DNA from: Terriglobia bacterium
Lineage (GTDB): Bacteria; Acidobacteriota; Terriglobia; JAJPHL01; JAPKYU01
DNA: 64,000 nucleotides
Reading direction: 5' to 3'
NCBI GenBank assembly: GCA_965223005.1
Contig: CBDCVK010000010.1
Span: 352,001-416,000, forward strand
The translations under genes were made by a program, and so were the position numbers. Below the pieces are notes generated by a model, which searched no databases, was not told the DNA's origin, and saw only the letters and a list, made by a program, of their open reading frames with translations. The stretch's first letter is position 1. Each line of letters starts with the position of its first letter. Shown here in pieces: positions 52,784 through 63,501 of the stretch.

Positions 52784-55700
52784 TACTCTGCGCGCAAGGC
52801 GGGCAACAGAGGAGAACGCATCGCGGCCATCGTTGCCAGCACGGATGCCGCCACCCCAGTCACAAGCACGGCGAGCAGCATCAAGCCCAGCGACAGGGCA
52901 GGAAACTGACTGCCGCGGATAACGAATGGCGGCGCGATAGCCAGCAATGCTGAGACTGCGCCGGTCACCAATCCGCCGAAGAGCAGTAGCGCATTCTCTG
53001 CGATCACGATCAAACCCAGATCCGCCGAGCGGAACCCGAGAGCCCGCAAAAGCGCCAGTTCCCGTCGCCTTTCCAGAACGTTGCGCAACAAGACGGCGGC
53101 CAGCCCGAGCGTTCCCAGCAGCAGACCTAAGCCCCCCAGGGTCTGGAACGTGGAAATGTAAGTGTTCTCCACGCGATGGAAAGCAGCCAGCAAACCTTCG
53201 GTTGAAACGACATCAAACCCGTAATCAGCCAGGCCTTCCTCCAGCACCCCGGTCAACGGCTCGACCTGGTGAGAAGGCATGTCGAGCAGGAAGAAGCGGG
53301 ATCCCTGCTGGTGCGGGAAAAGGCGCAGGAAATGCTTTTCCAAAATCAGAAGTTCCCTTTGAAAAACGCTGTCTGCCAGCGCGCCAACCATGCGCATTCG
53401 GACCGGGCGGTCCGTCTCCCGCTCGAAGAGGAATTCGTCGCCTAGCTTGAGATGGAGAACGTACTCCATTGAGTTGAAGTCGGCGATGGCGGGGATTGCT
53501 CCGTCGGCTTGCTCCGTCTCGAGAAGCAGCCAAGGATTTTCCTTTTCCTCAGGAGTGCTGGCCAGAGACTTCTGAAAAGAGAAACGACCGCTCTTGATGA
53601 AGGCGCTGGAGGCAGCCAAGATTCGCGGATTCTGAGGCCGGTACAGATTCAGGCAGCTGGCATCGTCTCCGGGTTTCAGCCGAAACGGCACGAACGTCAC
53701 CTTTTCGAGCGCCGAGGTTTCGCTTGCCGACAGATTCAGGCCTTCCTTGCCGGAATTTGTGTTCAAGTCGTAGTGGACCGGAAGGAGCGATTCTGCCAGG
53801 AGCGGAAAGCCGCCGGTGCCTGACTTTGGGTCAAGAATGGCCGGCTCGCTCGGCCGGAAGGCCCCTACGGCAACGATGATGAATGTGGCCGAGGCAATGA
53901 GGGCGATCGAGAGGATACTCCGTCCCGGGCGATGGGTGGTGTTGCGGAACCCTAGCCGCGACACGCCCTGCGCTCCACTTCCGCTAAGAAGTGACCTTCG
54001 ACCCTTCACAAGCCAGCCCCATTGATAAGAAAGGAAGGCCAACAACAGAACAATGCCGGCGCCAAAAAAGCCGGCCACTTGCCCAATCCATTGTCTGGAC
54101 GCGCTCACTAGAAGTACGCAACCGAGCAGGCTGAATGTGACACCCAGCCAGAATGCCCTCTGGCTTTTCGAAGCAGACTGGCGAGCACTTTCAACCGTGC
54201 CACTCAGCAGGCCGCGCGGTGTCGTTGGCCGAAGGCCCCGCAGAGTCCACGCGATGGAAATGATGGCCATCAGAATGCCGCCCACCCCGCCCAGGACCAG
54301 TGAGGTAAAGGAAATGTGCAAGGTCAGGAGTCTGGTGCCTACCGCAGCTGCCCACCAGGTACGTAACCCGTGCATGATGAGCCAGCCGTAGGCGAGGGCG
54401 CCGACCAGGCCCAGCAAACTGCCGGCCGTCGCCAGGGTGAGACCTTCTGTCAAGAAGAGAGCCCGAATTTTGGCGCTGGGGAAACCAATAGCTCGAAGAA
54501 TGCCGATCTCGGCCAGACGCTGTTCCACTCCTAATTTGAAGAAGAGTCCCGTAAGCAGCAGCGCGGAAATCACCAGGAAAAAGCTGAAATAAAGAAAATA
54601 TTCTCCAAAATCGGTAGCTCCTCGAGATGCCTGGAGCCCCTGAGCCCTCACTGCGGAAATGGAGAAGCCCATCTGGACGGGGTCTAGCGCGGTCTTCAGG
54701 CTCTTTCGGTAGGACTTCAGCGCTGCCTGTAGCTGGTCGGATCCGGAATCTGTGGTCGGCGCGGCTGCTGGCTCCTCAACAAATAGGCGCAGCGAGGTTA
54801 GCTTTCCGAAGCGCGACTGCCAGAGCTCCTGTCCCTTTTCCAGCGGGACAAAAGCTTTCGGCGTAGTTCCGTATTGGTCCCAATACTGCTCGTCCTGGTG
54901 CCGGATACGACCCAAGTCGATGGGAAACGGGGGGTCCCAATCCCCCAGGTTGTCCGAGTCTGTAATTCCTGGATATTGTGGAGCCAAATCCGCATCGCCT
55001 GCGACCCCTTCGATGGGAACTATGCCAGTAAGTTGAAATTGCGCCTTGCGGGTCAGGAGGCGCCCCTGTTCTTCCCAAACGTAGTATTCCAGCGAGACAA
55101 TTTGGCCGACCCGGGCAGCCAGGTCGCGCGCTGACCAATCGTTCAGCACGATCGTCGGCAACGACGCGCGAGGGGATGGTTGCGGCGCTTTCCGTGTCGC
55201 CCCGCGTTGCAGTTGCTCGTAGCCTTTGCGATCTATTGCGGTCACCAGCGAATAAGGGATTTCGCGCGAACCGGAACGGATACTGTTCGCCAGATACGTG
55301 AAAATGGCCGAGCTGTGCAGGCGCAGGCGGTTGGCTGTCGCGCGGGCCGCTTGCGCCAGAGGATCGCCGATCAGTCCGCTGTCGCTTTCCAGCACCAAGC
55401 AGTGGCGATGTTCCAGCACGCTGAGCTGGATCCCCAGGTCTCCCAGAGTGGAGGTGTCTTTCAAGAGTTTTCCGAGCAGCTCCAGCCTGGCTGCGCTGAC
55501 TGCATCCGTTCGCCCAGTCCCCGGGTCTCTCTCCGACACCAGAATGGTATTGACCTTGCCTTTCAACCCCAACTCCTGCTGCAACCGCCGCAACGGGACA
55601 AAGACGGCGCGAACCTGGCCTTGCTGAGGATGGATGGAAAACTCCCCAAGAGCTGAGGCAGGAAGTATCCCGCGAAGGGTCAATCGGATGGTACTGCCGA

Positions 55701-56226
55701 TGCTACCTTTTCGGCCGTGCAGCCACTCAGCGGGAACGGCCTCGGGCTTTTGGATTGTGACCAGAATGAAATCTCCGGTTTTGCTTCCCAACTCCTGCGC
55801 CAGTGCACTGCTGAGGAAACCCTCGCGATTGCCGAGACGTTTCGCTCCTGGATCTCCATGAAACTTCCAAAACCGTTCATCCACGCCGTACACTCGGACA
55901 CCAGAACCGCGGCGGCCGCTTTCCTGGTGCCTGACGAGTCCTTCCAGCATAATCAGCGGGCATGCCGCCCGGAAGGCCTCCGAGAACCTGCCATGCAGTT
56001 GCAGATCGACGGCCAGCCTTTCGCGGAAGAAGCTGGAGGAAGAAATAGCGTGGTCCGCCCTTCCCAGTCGCAGCAGGAACAAGTCTCGCAAACTGGCGCC
56101 GACGGAATCTCCTACCAGCAATGCGCCAGCCAGCACTGCCACACCAATGGACACTCCCGCCACAACCGCCAGGTTGGTGCGCCAGTAGTAGGTAAGACTA
56201 CGCTTGAGGAGGGTGGCTGTCCGCAT
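52783..56226 (-). CDS. Large FtsX/MacB-type (type VII) ABC transporter permease, duplicated architecture
   Basis: Two FtsX motifs ([15 protein letters not shown]; [14 protein letters not shown]) and two large periplasmic domains; 1147 aa. Confidence 0.92.
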   Translation of the reverse strand: MRTATLLKRSLTYYWRTNLAVVAGVSIGVAVLAGALLVGDSVGASLRDLFLLRLGRADHAISSSSFFRERLAVDLQLHGRFSEAFRAACPLIMLEGLVRHQESGRRGSGVRVYGVDERFWKFHGDPGAKRLGNREGFLSSALAQELGSKTGDFILVTIQKPEAVPAEWLHGRKGSIGSTIRLTLRGILPASALGEFSIHPQQGQVRAVFVPLRRLQQELGLKGKVNTILVSERDPGTGRTDAVSAARLELLGKLLKDTSTLGDLGIQLSVLEHRHCLVLESDSGLIGDPLAQAARATANRLRLHSSAIFTYLANSIRSGSREIPYSLVTAIDRKGYEQLQRGATRKAPQPSPRASLPTIVLNDWSARDLAARVGQIVSLEYYVWEEQGRLLTRKAQFQLTGIVPIEGVAGDADLAPQYPGITDSDNLGDWDPPFPIDLGRIRHQDEQYWDQYGTTPKAFVPLEKGQELWQSRFGKLTSLRLFVEEPAAAPTTDSGSDQLQAALKSYRKSLKTALDPVQMGFSISAVRAQGLQASRGATDFGEYFLYFSFFLVISALLLTGLFFKLGVEQRLAEIGILRAIGFPSAKIRALFLTEGLTLATAGSLLGLVGALAYGWLIMHGLRTWWAAAVGTRLLTLHISFTSLVLGGVGGILMAIISIAWTLRGLRPTTPRGLLSGTVESARQSASKSQRAFWLGVTFSLLGCVLLVSASRQWIGQVAGFFGAGIVLLLAFLSYQWGWLVKGRRSLLSGSGAQGVSRLGFRNTTHRPGRSILSIALIASATFIIVAVGAFRPSEPAILDPKSGTGGFPLLAESLLPVHYDLNTNSGKEGLNLSASETSALEKVTFVPFRLKPGDDASCLNLYRPQNPRILAASSAFIKSGRFSFQKSLASTPEEKENPWLLLETEQADGAIPAIADFNSMEYVLHLKLGDEFLFERETDRPVRMRMVGALADSVFQRELLILEKHFLRLFPHQQGSRFFLLDMPSHQVEPLTGVLEEGLADYGFDVVSTEGLLAAFHRVENTYISTFQTLGGLGLLLGTLGLAAVLLRNVLERRRELALLRALGFRSADLGLIVIAENALLLFGGLVTGAVSALLAIAPPFVIRGSQFPALSLGLMLLAVLVTGVAASVLATMAAMRSPLLPALRAE

Positions 56227-56891
56227 TACGCTCGTTGGAGCTGTCCTCCAACCAATTCAAATCGTACGGGGAACCTAGCGGCCAGCTCGGTGCTGTGGGT
56301 GACCATCACTAGGATGGTCTCCTGACGTTGGTGCAGGTCCAGCAACAGGGAGGCCACCCCTTGGGCCGAACGGCGATCCAGATTGCCCGTTGGCTCGTCG
56401 CAGAGCAGCAACAACGGCTCCATGAGGAGCGCGCGCGCCAGAGCCACCCGCTGCTTTTCACCGCCGGAGAGTTCGGCTGGGCGGTGCTCGAGGCGTTCCG
56501 CCAAGCCCACCTGCTCCAGCAGACTCTGTGCCCGAGCAACATAATCGTTGCCTGGGCCTGCGACCAAACTCGGAGTTAGCACGTTCTCAAGAACCGAGCA
56601 CTGCGGCAGCAGGCAGTGGTCCTGGAAGACAAACCCGATTTTCTTATTCCGGAATGCGGCCAGCTCGGTTTCGCTCAGTTCAAACGGGTTCTCGCCGTCC
56701 AAGCTGACCGTTCCCGCGCTGGGCGGTTCCAAGGCACCGAGGATATACAGCAAGGTGCTCTTGCCGCTGCCTGACGGCCCCATGATCGAGACCGCCTCTC
56801 CGCGGGAGAGAGAAACGTTTATTCCGGAAAGGATCGATAGTGGGCCCCGCGGACCGGGGTATTCCTTGGTGAGGTTGGCGACTTCGAGCAA
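56226..56891 (-). CDS. ABC transporter ATP-binding protein (LolD/MacB-like)
   Basis: GPSGSGKS, LSGGEKQR, CDEPTGNLD, VTH. Probable TTG start at 56891. Confidence 0.93.
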   Translation of the reverse strand: MLEVANLTKEYPGPRGPLSILSGINVSLSRGEAVSIMGPSGSGKSTLLYILGALEPPSAGTVSLDGENPFELSETELAAFRNKKIGFVFQDHCLLPQCSVLENVLTPSLVAGPGNDYVARAQSLLEQVGLAERLEHRPAELSGGEKQRVALARALLMEPLLLLCDEPTGNLDRRSAQGVASLLLDLHQRQETILVMVTHSTELAARFPVRFELVGGQLQRA

Positions 56892-56919
56892 AGGGCAAGA
56901 CCTCGGCCGAGCCGTTCGT

Positions 56920-58251
56920 TCAATTGCACTCGGCCACTGTGGTGCGCTGTTGAGGCTGTCTCTCCGCGCTCTGAAGGGTCGCGTAGACCTCCAGGGCGCG
57001 GCCGGCCATGCCAGCGACGCTGTAGTGCTCGCGAACTCCGTTGGAGCCATTGCGCCCCAGTTCCGTCGCCCAGGCCGGATCTTTCCAGATGGCCAGAATT
57101 CCCTCGGCCAGACGGTCGCAATCATCCGGTTCCACCAGCAATCCCCCCGACGTTTTGGCGATGATTTCCGCGAAGGTGCCCCGCCTGGGCTGAACCACCG
57201 GCACACCGTTGGCCATTGCTTCTAGCAAGTAGATGCCCTTGTGTTCGCTGTAGGTGCTCGGAACGCAAAGCACGTCCAGATTTTGAAGAAACCGGATTTT
57301 TGCGTCTCTGTCCAGAATGCCTCGGTAGCGGAACTCCCCGTCCAGGCCCCACTCCCCCATCTGTCTCTCGATGGCACGCAGATAGTCTTGATGTTCGGGG
57401 GCCAGGTAACCAGCCACCTCCAGCGTGGCCGCGGGCAGGTTGTCTCCTTGCCGCAGGCGCCTGTACGACTCGCACAGCACGTGCAATCCTTTTTCTGGAG
57501 TGATCCGAGCAAAGTAGCCGACAGTGAAACAGTTGGACCGCTGGCGGCTGCTGACTGCATATCCTTTCAAGTTGATTCCCAATGGCACCACGTGCATTTT
57601 GCCGTCGGGTATGCCCAGATACTTAGACATGAATTCGGCGCTGTATTCGCTCACCGGCAAGAAAGCATCCACAAACTCAACGTTCGCCCGAATCAAATCC
57701 AGAGCGGCGCTCCGGTAGGGCTCCGCGAGGCCTTCCAGAAATACATTCTCGCCCTGCAGGGTGCAGCAGACCGGACAGCCCAGCGCCTTTTTCAAGGGAC
57801 GCGCCAGCCCAATAAGGAGGGAGTTCGGAAGGTTGACGACGTCGGGGGAACTCTGCGTTTCGAGCCAGTGCAGCAATTTGAGGAATTCCTTGCGTTGGAA
57901 GCCCTCCTCGCCCTTCAACACTGAGATCGTGAGTTCGCCCAGCAGGCGGGGCTCGGTGTGGACCCAGCGCCGGGTGGCCGCCTGCAGCACTAGGCGAGAG
58001 TCCCACAGCCTGTCCAGCAGCCAGGGCGTCTTGCGGAACAGAGCCAAGCGTTGCTGAAGGTACACACTAATTCCCCCGAAGAACACTCTGCTCTGGCTGA
58101 CGTTCGGCTCGTCGGTCCGAGTGGGTGTATAAATGGGGAGAAGGATCACTTCATGGCCTTGGGACATCAACTCTGCCGCCAGAGCGTTATCCCGAAGACA
58201 ACTTCCACAGTACATTCGGGCGGCACCGGCGGTGATCAGGAGGATCTTCAT
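56920..58251 (-). CDS. Glycosyltransferase family 4 with N-terminal MYCGSC motif
   Basis: GT-B fold motifs ARITPEKG and EHKGIYLLEAMANGVPVV. Confidence 0.9.
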   Translation of the reverse strand: MKILLITAGAARMYCGSCLRDNALAAELMSQGHEVILLPIYTPTRTDEPNVSQSRVFFGGISVYLQQRLALFRKTPWLLDRLWDSRLVLQAATRRWVHTEPRLLGELTISVLKGEEGFQRKEFLKLLHWLETQSSPDVVNLPNSLLIGLARPLKKALGCPVCCTLQGENVFLEGLAEPYRSAALDLIRANVEFVDAFLPVSEYSAEFMSKYLGIPDGKMHVVPLGINLKGYAVSSRQRSNCFTVGYFARITPEKGLHVLCESYRRLRQGDNLPAATLEVAGYLAPEHQDYLRAIERQMGEWGLDGEFRYRGILDRDAKIRFLQNLDVLCVPSTYSEHKGIYLLEAMANGVPVVQPRRGTFAEIIAKTSGGLLVEPDDCDRLAEGILAIWKDPAWATELGRNGSNGVREHYSVAGMAGRALEVYATLQSAERQPQQRTTVAECN

Positions 58252-58410
58252 CTCAAGGCGCTGGCCGGATCAAAATGCCATTGCCCAATGTTGCGGACCC
58301 ACGCGTCCAGCGTGTCTCGAGACGCTTCGGTTCTCAGTTGCAGGTCCGCTTCGACAACGTGCTTCACTATTGCTGGACGCTGTAGTATAGGTATAGTTCG
58401 TTTCGCCCGC

Positions 58411-58439
58411 ATTGTCGCTTACGTGCAAAACGCTGTCAA
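58411..58439 (-). promoter_or_regulatory. Sigma70-type promoter of the GT4-ABC operon
   Basis: TTGACA-N17-GACAAT on the minus strand. Confidence 0.5.
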
Positions 58440-58449
58440 GAAGGGCTCC

Positions 58450-61400
58450 GTGCACGCGAGAATCGGCCTGGCCTGGATTCTTTCACTGATTCTGCTGTCC
58501 TTCCCGGCGCACGCTCAATCCCTCCATGGTTCTGTGAGCGGGCTGGTCACCGACCCTTCGATGGCCCCTGTTTCCGAGGTCCGGATCACGCTGGTTCACC
58601 AGGACACGAATAAGACGCGAAGCGCGGTTAGTGACGCGCAGGGCGAGTTCGTTATTTCGTCGCTGCCGCTTGGTTCCTATCGCCTGGAAGCCGAACTTTC
58701 TGGCTACAGGAAGCACGTCCAAAATCTGGTTCTACAGGTCAACCAGGAGTTACGGATTGAAGTGGCATTGCACTTGGGTAGCGTGAAGGAAACGGTGGTT
58801 GTGACGGGAACTCCCGCCCTGCTGAGAACGCAGTCGGCAGCGCTTGGCGTCGTGATTGAAAACCGGCAAATCCTCGGCCTCCCCCTGGACGGTCGCAACT
58901 TTTTAGAACTCAGTCTGCTGCTTCCGGGGGCGGTTCCCGCCGCCCAAGGTTCAGCCGCTTCCGTTCGGGGAGACGCCATCCATTTCAATGGGGCGCGGGA
59001 AGACTCAAATCATTTTCTTCTGGACGGTGTCTATAATGGCGATCCCGAACTCAACGGGCTTAATGTCAATCCCCCGGTCGACGCAATCCAGGAATTTGAG
59101 GTTCTGACCAGCACCTACGACGCTTCCTTCGGACGCAATGTCGGGGGACAGGTCAACGTTGTCTTGAAATCCGGCACCAATAAGGTGCATGGAAGCGTGT
59201 ACGCATTTCTCCGAAACAAATCTGTGGGTGCCCGCAGTTTTTTCGTCCCTCCGAACCCACAATATCAGAGGAATCAATTTGGTTTCTCGCTGGGCGGGCC
59301 CGTCCGCAAGGACGGGACGTTCTTTTTTGTCGATTATGAAGGTCGCCGTGAGCGCGAGGGAATCACCCGCGGCGCCGTTGTCCCGACGCTTCAGGAACGC
59401 GGGGGCGATTTCTCCCTGAGCCGTTTGGAGGTTCCCATCGATCCGTTCACCGGAGCGCCCTTTCCGGATGGCAAAATCCCGGAACAGCGTTTCCATCCCA
59501 TCGGCCGCAATATTGCTGCCTTGTTTCCAGAGCCCAACCGGCCTACCACGCCGCAGAACTTCGTTTCCTCTCCGTCGCGGCGGGATCGAGAAGATCACTT
59601 CGACGCGCGGCTGGATCACTCCCTGGGGCAGTCTGCCGATTTGTCGTTCCGCTATAGTCTTGCCGACGGGACGCGTTTCGAGCCCTTCTCCGGACCCCAG
59701 TTTGCTGCTGTTCCCGGCTACGGAACGGACGTGCCGCGGAGAGGCCAAAACCTGATGCTGAGCGGCATCCACATTGTCTCGCCCGTCTTCCTGCACGAGG
59801 TCCGCGCCGGATTCAACCGGGTGGCTGCCGGCGCCTTCCATGAGAACCAGGGAAAGAGCGTAAACCGTTTGGTGGGCTTGCCGGAACTTTCCAGCAAGCC
59901 GCGAGATTTTGGTCTCAGTTTCATTACCGTGTCCGGATTTTCTCCACTGGGAGATGAGTTTAATAATCCCCAGAATAGAGTCTTGAACACCTTCCAATTG
60001 TTGGATCACGCCACATACTCGCATGGGCGACATGTGTTGAAATTCGGCTTCGGTTTCCGGGCCCTGCAGCAGAATGCGTTTCGCGACGTGCAATCGCGAG
60101 GCTTCCTCAACTTTGTCGGTCTGACTCGAAATCCGCTCGCAGACCTGCTGCTGGGGTTTCCCACACTTACCGGCGGTGCGCGTCTGGACAATCACCAGCA
60201 CCTCCGTACGGAGAGCTATGACTTCTACGTCCATGACACTTATCGGATCCGTCCCAATCTGACCCTTACAGCAGGAATCCGTTATGAATATACCTCGCCG
60301 CCAGTGGACGCGGAGGACCGGGCCAATGTCTACGACCCGGCAACGCAGACTTTGGTCCCGGTAGGCTCAGGCGGAATACCGCGGAGCGGGTATAAGGCCG
60401 ACAAGAACAACTGGGGCCCCCGACTGGGCGTCGCCTGGAGCCCAGGGAACAGAGGCACCGTCCTGCGGGCAGGCTATGGAATCTATTTCGACCAGTCGTC
60501 GCTGGCTCCGGGAGAGGGACTTTATTTCAACGCCCCATTTTTCGATTTCAAGCTGTATTTCCCCCTTCCTCCAGATTTCCTCTTTCCAGGTTTCCCCGGT
60601 TTTGCGCTGACCTTGGACGATCCATTTCCCGAATTCTTTCCGCTGCCGTTGCCTTCTTCGGCTTTAGCGTTTCAGAGAGATTTGCGGAGCCCTCACGTCC
60701 AGCACTGGAATCTGAACATCCAGCAGAAACTGGGCGAGCGGCGCGTTCTGGAGGTGGCCTATGTGGGTTCCAAGGGAACGAAGTTGCTGACCGCGCGCGA
60801 TATCAATCAACCCCGCCCAAGCGCGCTGCAGCCCAATCCGCGGCCGGTGCTTCAGTTTGACGACATCAATCTTCTGGAGTCTCGCAGCAACTCTACTTAT
60901 CATGCGTTCCAGGTTCGATTCCAGCAGCGCCTGCATCGGGGGCTGTCGCTTCTAACCGCCTACACCTGGTCGAAATCTTTGGACGACGCTTCCAGTTTTT
61001 TCTCCAGCGCCGGCGATCCCAACTTTCCCCAGGACAGCGAGAATGTTCGAGCCGAGCGAGGCCGGTCCAATTTTGACGTCCGGCATCGTCTTTCCGTCGG
61101 TTATTCCTACGATCTGCCGATTGGCACGCAGGGAGCGGTTTTGAATCGTTTAGGTTGGCTTTCCACCGTGCTGGAAGGTTGGCAGACTCACGGCATATTG
61201 ACCTTCCAGAGCGGGCGCCCTTTCACTGTGGCGCTGCTTCCAGAGAACGACAACAGCAATACCGGCCGGTCCATACTGGGCTTTGGGGCCAATGATCGGC
61301 CCGACCGGATGGGCAATGGGAAACTAGATCATCCAACGCCAGAGCGGTGGTTCGACACAGACGCTTTTTCCATTCCGCCCCGGGGTCGTTTTGGGAATTC

Positions 61401-61632
61401 CGGCAGGAATATCTTGGAAGGTCCCGGCCTTCAGACCGTCAATTTGTCGCTGCTGAAGAACATAGTCCTCAAGGAGGGCTGGACGTTCCAAATACGGGCC
61501 GAGACCTTCAACCTTTTTAATCGAGCTAATTTTGATCTGCCGGATATCTTTGTGGGTTCGCCCACTTTTGGCCGTATTTTGTCAGCGCAGAATCCACGTC
61601 GAATCCAATTTGGTCTGAAACTTTTATTCTAG
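58450..61632 (+). CDS. TonB-dependent receptor (Oar-like)
   Basis: GTG 58450 yields a signal peptide ending AHA|Q; LPLDGRNF, KSGTN, RNQFG, RRIQFGLKLLF. Confidence 0.92.
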   Translation: MHARIGLAWILSLILLSFPAHAQSLHGSVSGLVTDPSMAPVSEVRITLVHQDTNKTRSAVSDAQGEFVISSLPLGSYRLEAELSGYRKHVQNLVLQVNQELRIEVALHLGSVKETVVVTGTPALLRTQSAALGVVIENRQILGLPLDGRNFLELSLLLPGAVPAAQGSAASVRGDAIHFNGAREDSNHFLLDGVYNGDPELNGLNVNPPVDAIQEFEVLTSTYDASFGRNVGGQVNVVLKSGTNKVHGSVYAFLRNKSVGARSFFVPPNPQYQRNQFGFSLGGPVRKDGTFFFVDYEGRREREGITRGAVVPTLQERGGDFSLSRLEVPIDPFTGAPFPDGKIPEQRFHPIGRNIAALFPEPNRPTTPQNFVSSPSRRDREDHFDARLDHSLGQSADLSFRYSLADGTRFEPFSGPQFAAVPGYGTDVPRRGQNLMLSGIHIVSPVFLHEVRAGFNRVAAGAFHENQGKSVNRLVGLPELSSKPRDFGLSFITVSGFSPLGDEFNNPQNRVLNTFQLLDHATYSHGRHVLKFGFGFRALQQNAFRDVQSRGFLNFVGLTRNPLADLLLGFPTLTGGARLDNHQHLRTESYDFYVHDTYRIRPNLTLTAGIRYEYTSPPVDAEDRANVYDPATQTLVPVGSGGIPRSGYKADKNNWGPRLGVAWSPGNRGTVLRAGYGIYFDQSSLAPGEGLYFNAPFFDFKLYFPLPPDFLFPGFPGFALTLDDPFPEFFPLPLPSSALAFQRDLRSPHVQHWNLNIQQKLGERRVLEVAYVGSKGTKLLTARDINQPRPSALQPNPRPVLQFDDINLLESRSNSTYHAFQVRFQQRLHRGLSLLTAYTWSKSLDDASSFFSSAGDPNFPQDSENVRAERGRSNFDVRHRLSVGYSYDLPIGTQGAVLNRLGWLSTVLEGWQTHGILTFQSGRPFTVALLPENDNSNTGRSILGFGANDRPDRMGNGKLDHPTPERWFDTDAFSIPPRGRFGNSGRNILEGPGLQTVNLSLLKNIVLKEGWTFQIRAETFNLFNRANFDLPDIFVGSPTFGRILSAQNPRRIQFGLKLLF

Positions 61633-61697
61633 GGAGTGAGGGGTTCCGGGAGCATCCGCTGACTCGTGATCGATCCAGGCTTGAGAAGAGGCGGGGT

Positions 61698-63260
61698 TTA
61701 ATCCGCCGAGATTCTAAAGCACGCCATTTCCGTGCCGTTGCGGACCAGGAGTCGGCCTCCGTCCATGGCCGGATAATTCCAGGTCTTTCCGATAATAGCA
61801 GAAAAGCGGGCCAGTTCCAGGTGTCGCTCGGGAGTAGCCTTGACTAGCGCTACATCTCCCTGTTCACTGAGCACAATCAGGTGGCCGCTGGCTAGCAGCA
61901 ACTGGCCGTAGCCGTAGCGCCCACCCTTCCACACGCGCTGTCCCGTTTCTGCATTGACGCAGGCCAGGATCCCCTCGTCCAGGCCGTAGATGTGGCCTGC
62001 ATAGAGCACCGAACTGTTAAACTTGTTTTTCATCGAATTGTTTTCCCAAACGGTTCGGGCGCGAAAGCCGTTTCCGGTCCTGGCCACTTCCACTACTGTC
62101 GCACCATGCCCGTAGCCGGCCGACAGGAAAAAGCGATTTTCGTCGAGCACGATGGGCTGGGCGGCGTTAATGTCATAGTTGGTGACCCAGGGGTGATCCC
62201 AGAGCACCGAGCCATCTTCCACCGTCAGGCCCATAGCCCGCCGAGCGCTCACGACCAGGATTTGCCTCTGACCGGCCAGCGTGACCAGCATTGGTGAAGT
62301 GTAGGCCTGTTTGTCGTTGAGCGCTTTCCAGATGTATTCTCCAGTTCGCTTGTGGTAGGCGACCACCGACTTGCCCGTGCCACCGGGAAGCACAATTAAT
62401 TTCTCGTCCACGACGAGTGGCGAGGCGGACATTCCCCAGGTCAGATTCTGGCTTTGGTTGTCGGTCAGGATATTGCGCGACCAGATCAGCTTGCCCGATG
62501 TCGCCTCCAGGCAGCGAAGCTCGCCGATGGCACCCAGCGCGTAGAGGCGTCCTTCATGCCAGGTCGGGGTGGCTCGCGGTCCGTCCCCGCCCATGGCTTC
62601 ACGGAACTCTGCGTTCCAGGCGTGTGTCCACAACTCGCGGCCGGTCTCGAGGTCATAGGCAGCCACGACCTCTTGGCGCCGGCGTTGCTCGATTGTGAAA
62701 GCCTTCCCTTCTGCTATGACAAATGAAGCGTAACCGCCCCCGATCGGTTGCTTCCAGAGCAGAGGGAGTCCTCCGGACGGCCAATCCGTAAGGATCTGCT
62801 TCTCGTAGCGGCCGTCCCGTTTCGGTCCGCGATAATCCGTCCAGTAGGAGCCGAGCGCAGACGCTGAAGTGGTCCCTGCGGGAATCGTCGTTGCAGTTTC
62901 GGCGGCGACCGTATCTATCCCTGCGCCGCTCGCTGTCCCACGGACAGGACTGCCCGGTGCTGGCGAGGCTTCAAAGTCCACGGCACGATGTTCGGAGCGA
63001 TTCCGTTCCAGTTCCGTGTAGTGATCGCGTTCTTGAAAGGAGAAGATCGGGTAGAGGCCGCTGCCGTCCCGTTCGATCCTGAGGCCGAAAACCACCTGGA
63101 GATACACGACCCCTAGCATCAGAATCACTGCGGACCCAAGGACCTTGCGCCGCAGGCGCGTTTCAGAGCGCAACCAGAGCAGTACAAGTCCCACTGGAGG
63201 CAACAGAACCGAGGCCACCAGCAAAGTAGCTAGAGGCCGAGGCCAAGGAGTGGATGGCAT
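61698..63260 (-). CDS. Membrane-anchored PQQ-like beta-propeller protein
   Basis: Two N-terminal TM helices, linker, WTDYRGP, GPRATP, SASP blades. TATACT at 63360-63365 abuts the ATG at 63359, which favours the 63260 start. Confidence 0.85.
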   Translation of the reverse strand: MPSTPWPRPLATLLVASVLLPPVGLVLLWLRSETRLRRKVLGSAVILMLGVVYLQVVFGLRIERDGSGLYPIFSFQERDHYTELERNRSEHRAVDFEASPAPGSPVRGTASGAGIDTVAAETATTIPAGTTSASALGSYWTDYRGPKRDGRYEKQILTDWPSGGLPLLWKQPIGGGYASFVIAEGKAFTIEQRRRQEVVAAYDLETGRELWTHAWNAEFREAMGGDGPRATPTWHEGRLYALGAIGELRCLEATSGKLIWSRNILTDNQSQNLTWGMSASPLVVDEKLIVLPGGTGKSVVAYHKRTGEYIWKALNDKQAYTSPMLVTLAGQRQILVVSARRAMGLTVEDGSVLWDHPWVTNYDINAAQPIVLDENRFFLSAGYGHGATVVEVARTGNGFRARTVWENNSMKNKFNSSVLYAGHIYGLDEGILACVNAETGQRVWKGGRYGYGQLLLASGHLIVLSEQGDVALVKATPERHLELARFSAIIGKTWNYPAMDGGRLLVRNGTEMACFRISAD

Positions 63261-63501
63261 GAGATTTTCTTGGTCTCCCGTTGTTTCGAGAAGAGGACCC
63301 CGAATGACGCCGCGCGATCCGACTTCAACTGGAGTCTGGCCCGTCCTATCTCCTGCCATAGTATAACCTCGCGCGATGCGCGCGGCAAACGGAGTCGGTC
63401 CGCCGCTATGAATGGTTCAAGGAGCGCCGAGCGTTGGACTCCATCAACGTTGCCACCTTTTACCATTCGCTTGGCGTTGCTACGCAATGGTGGGGACGCC
63501 T

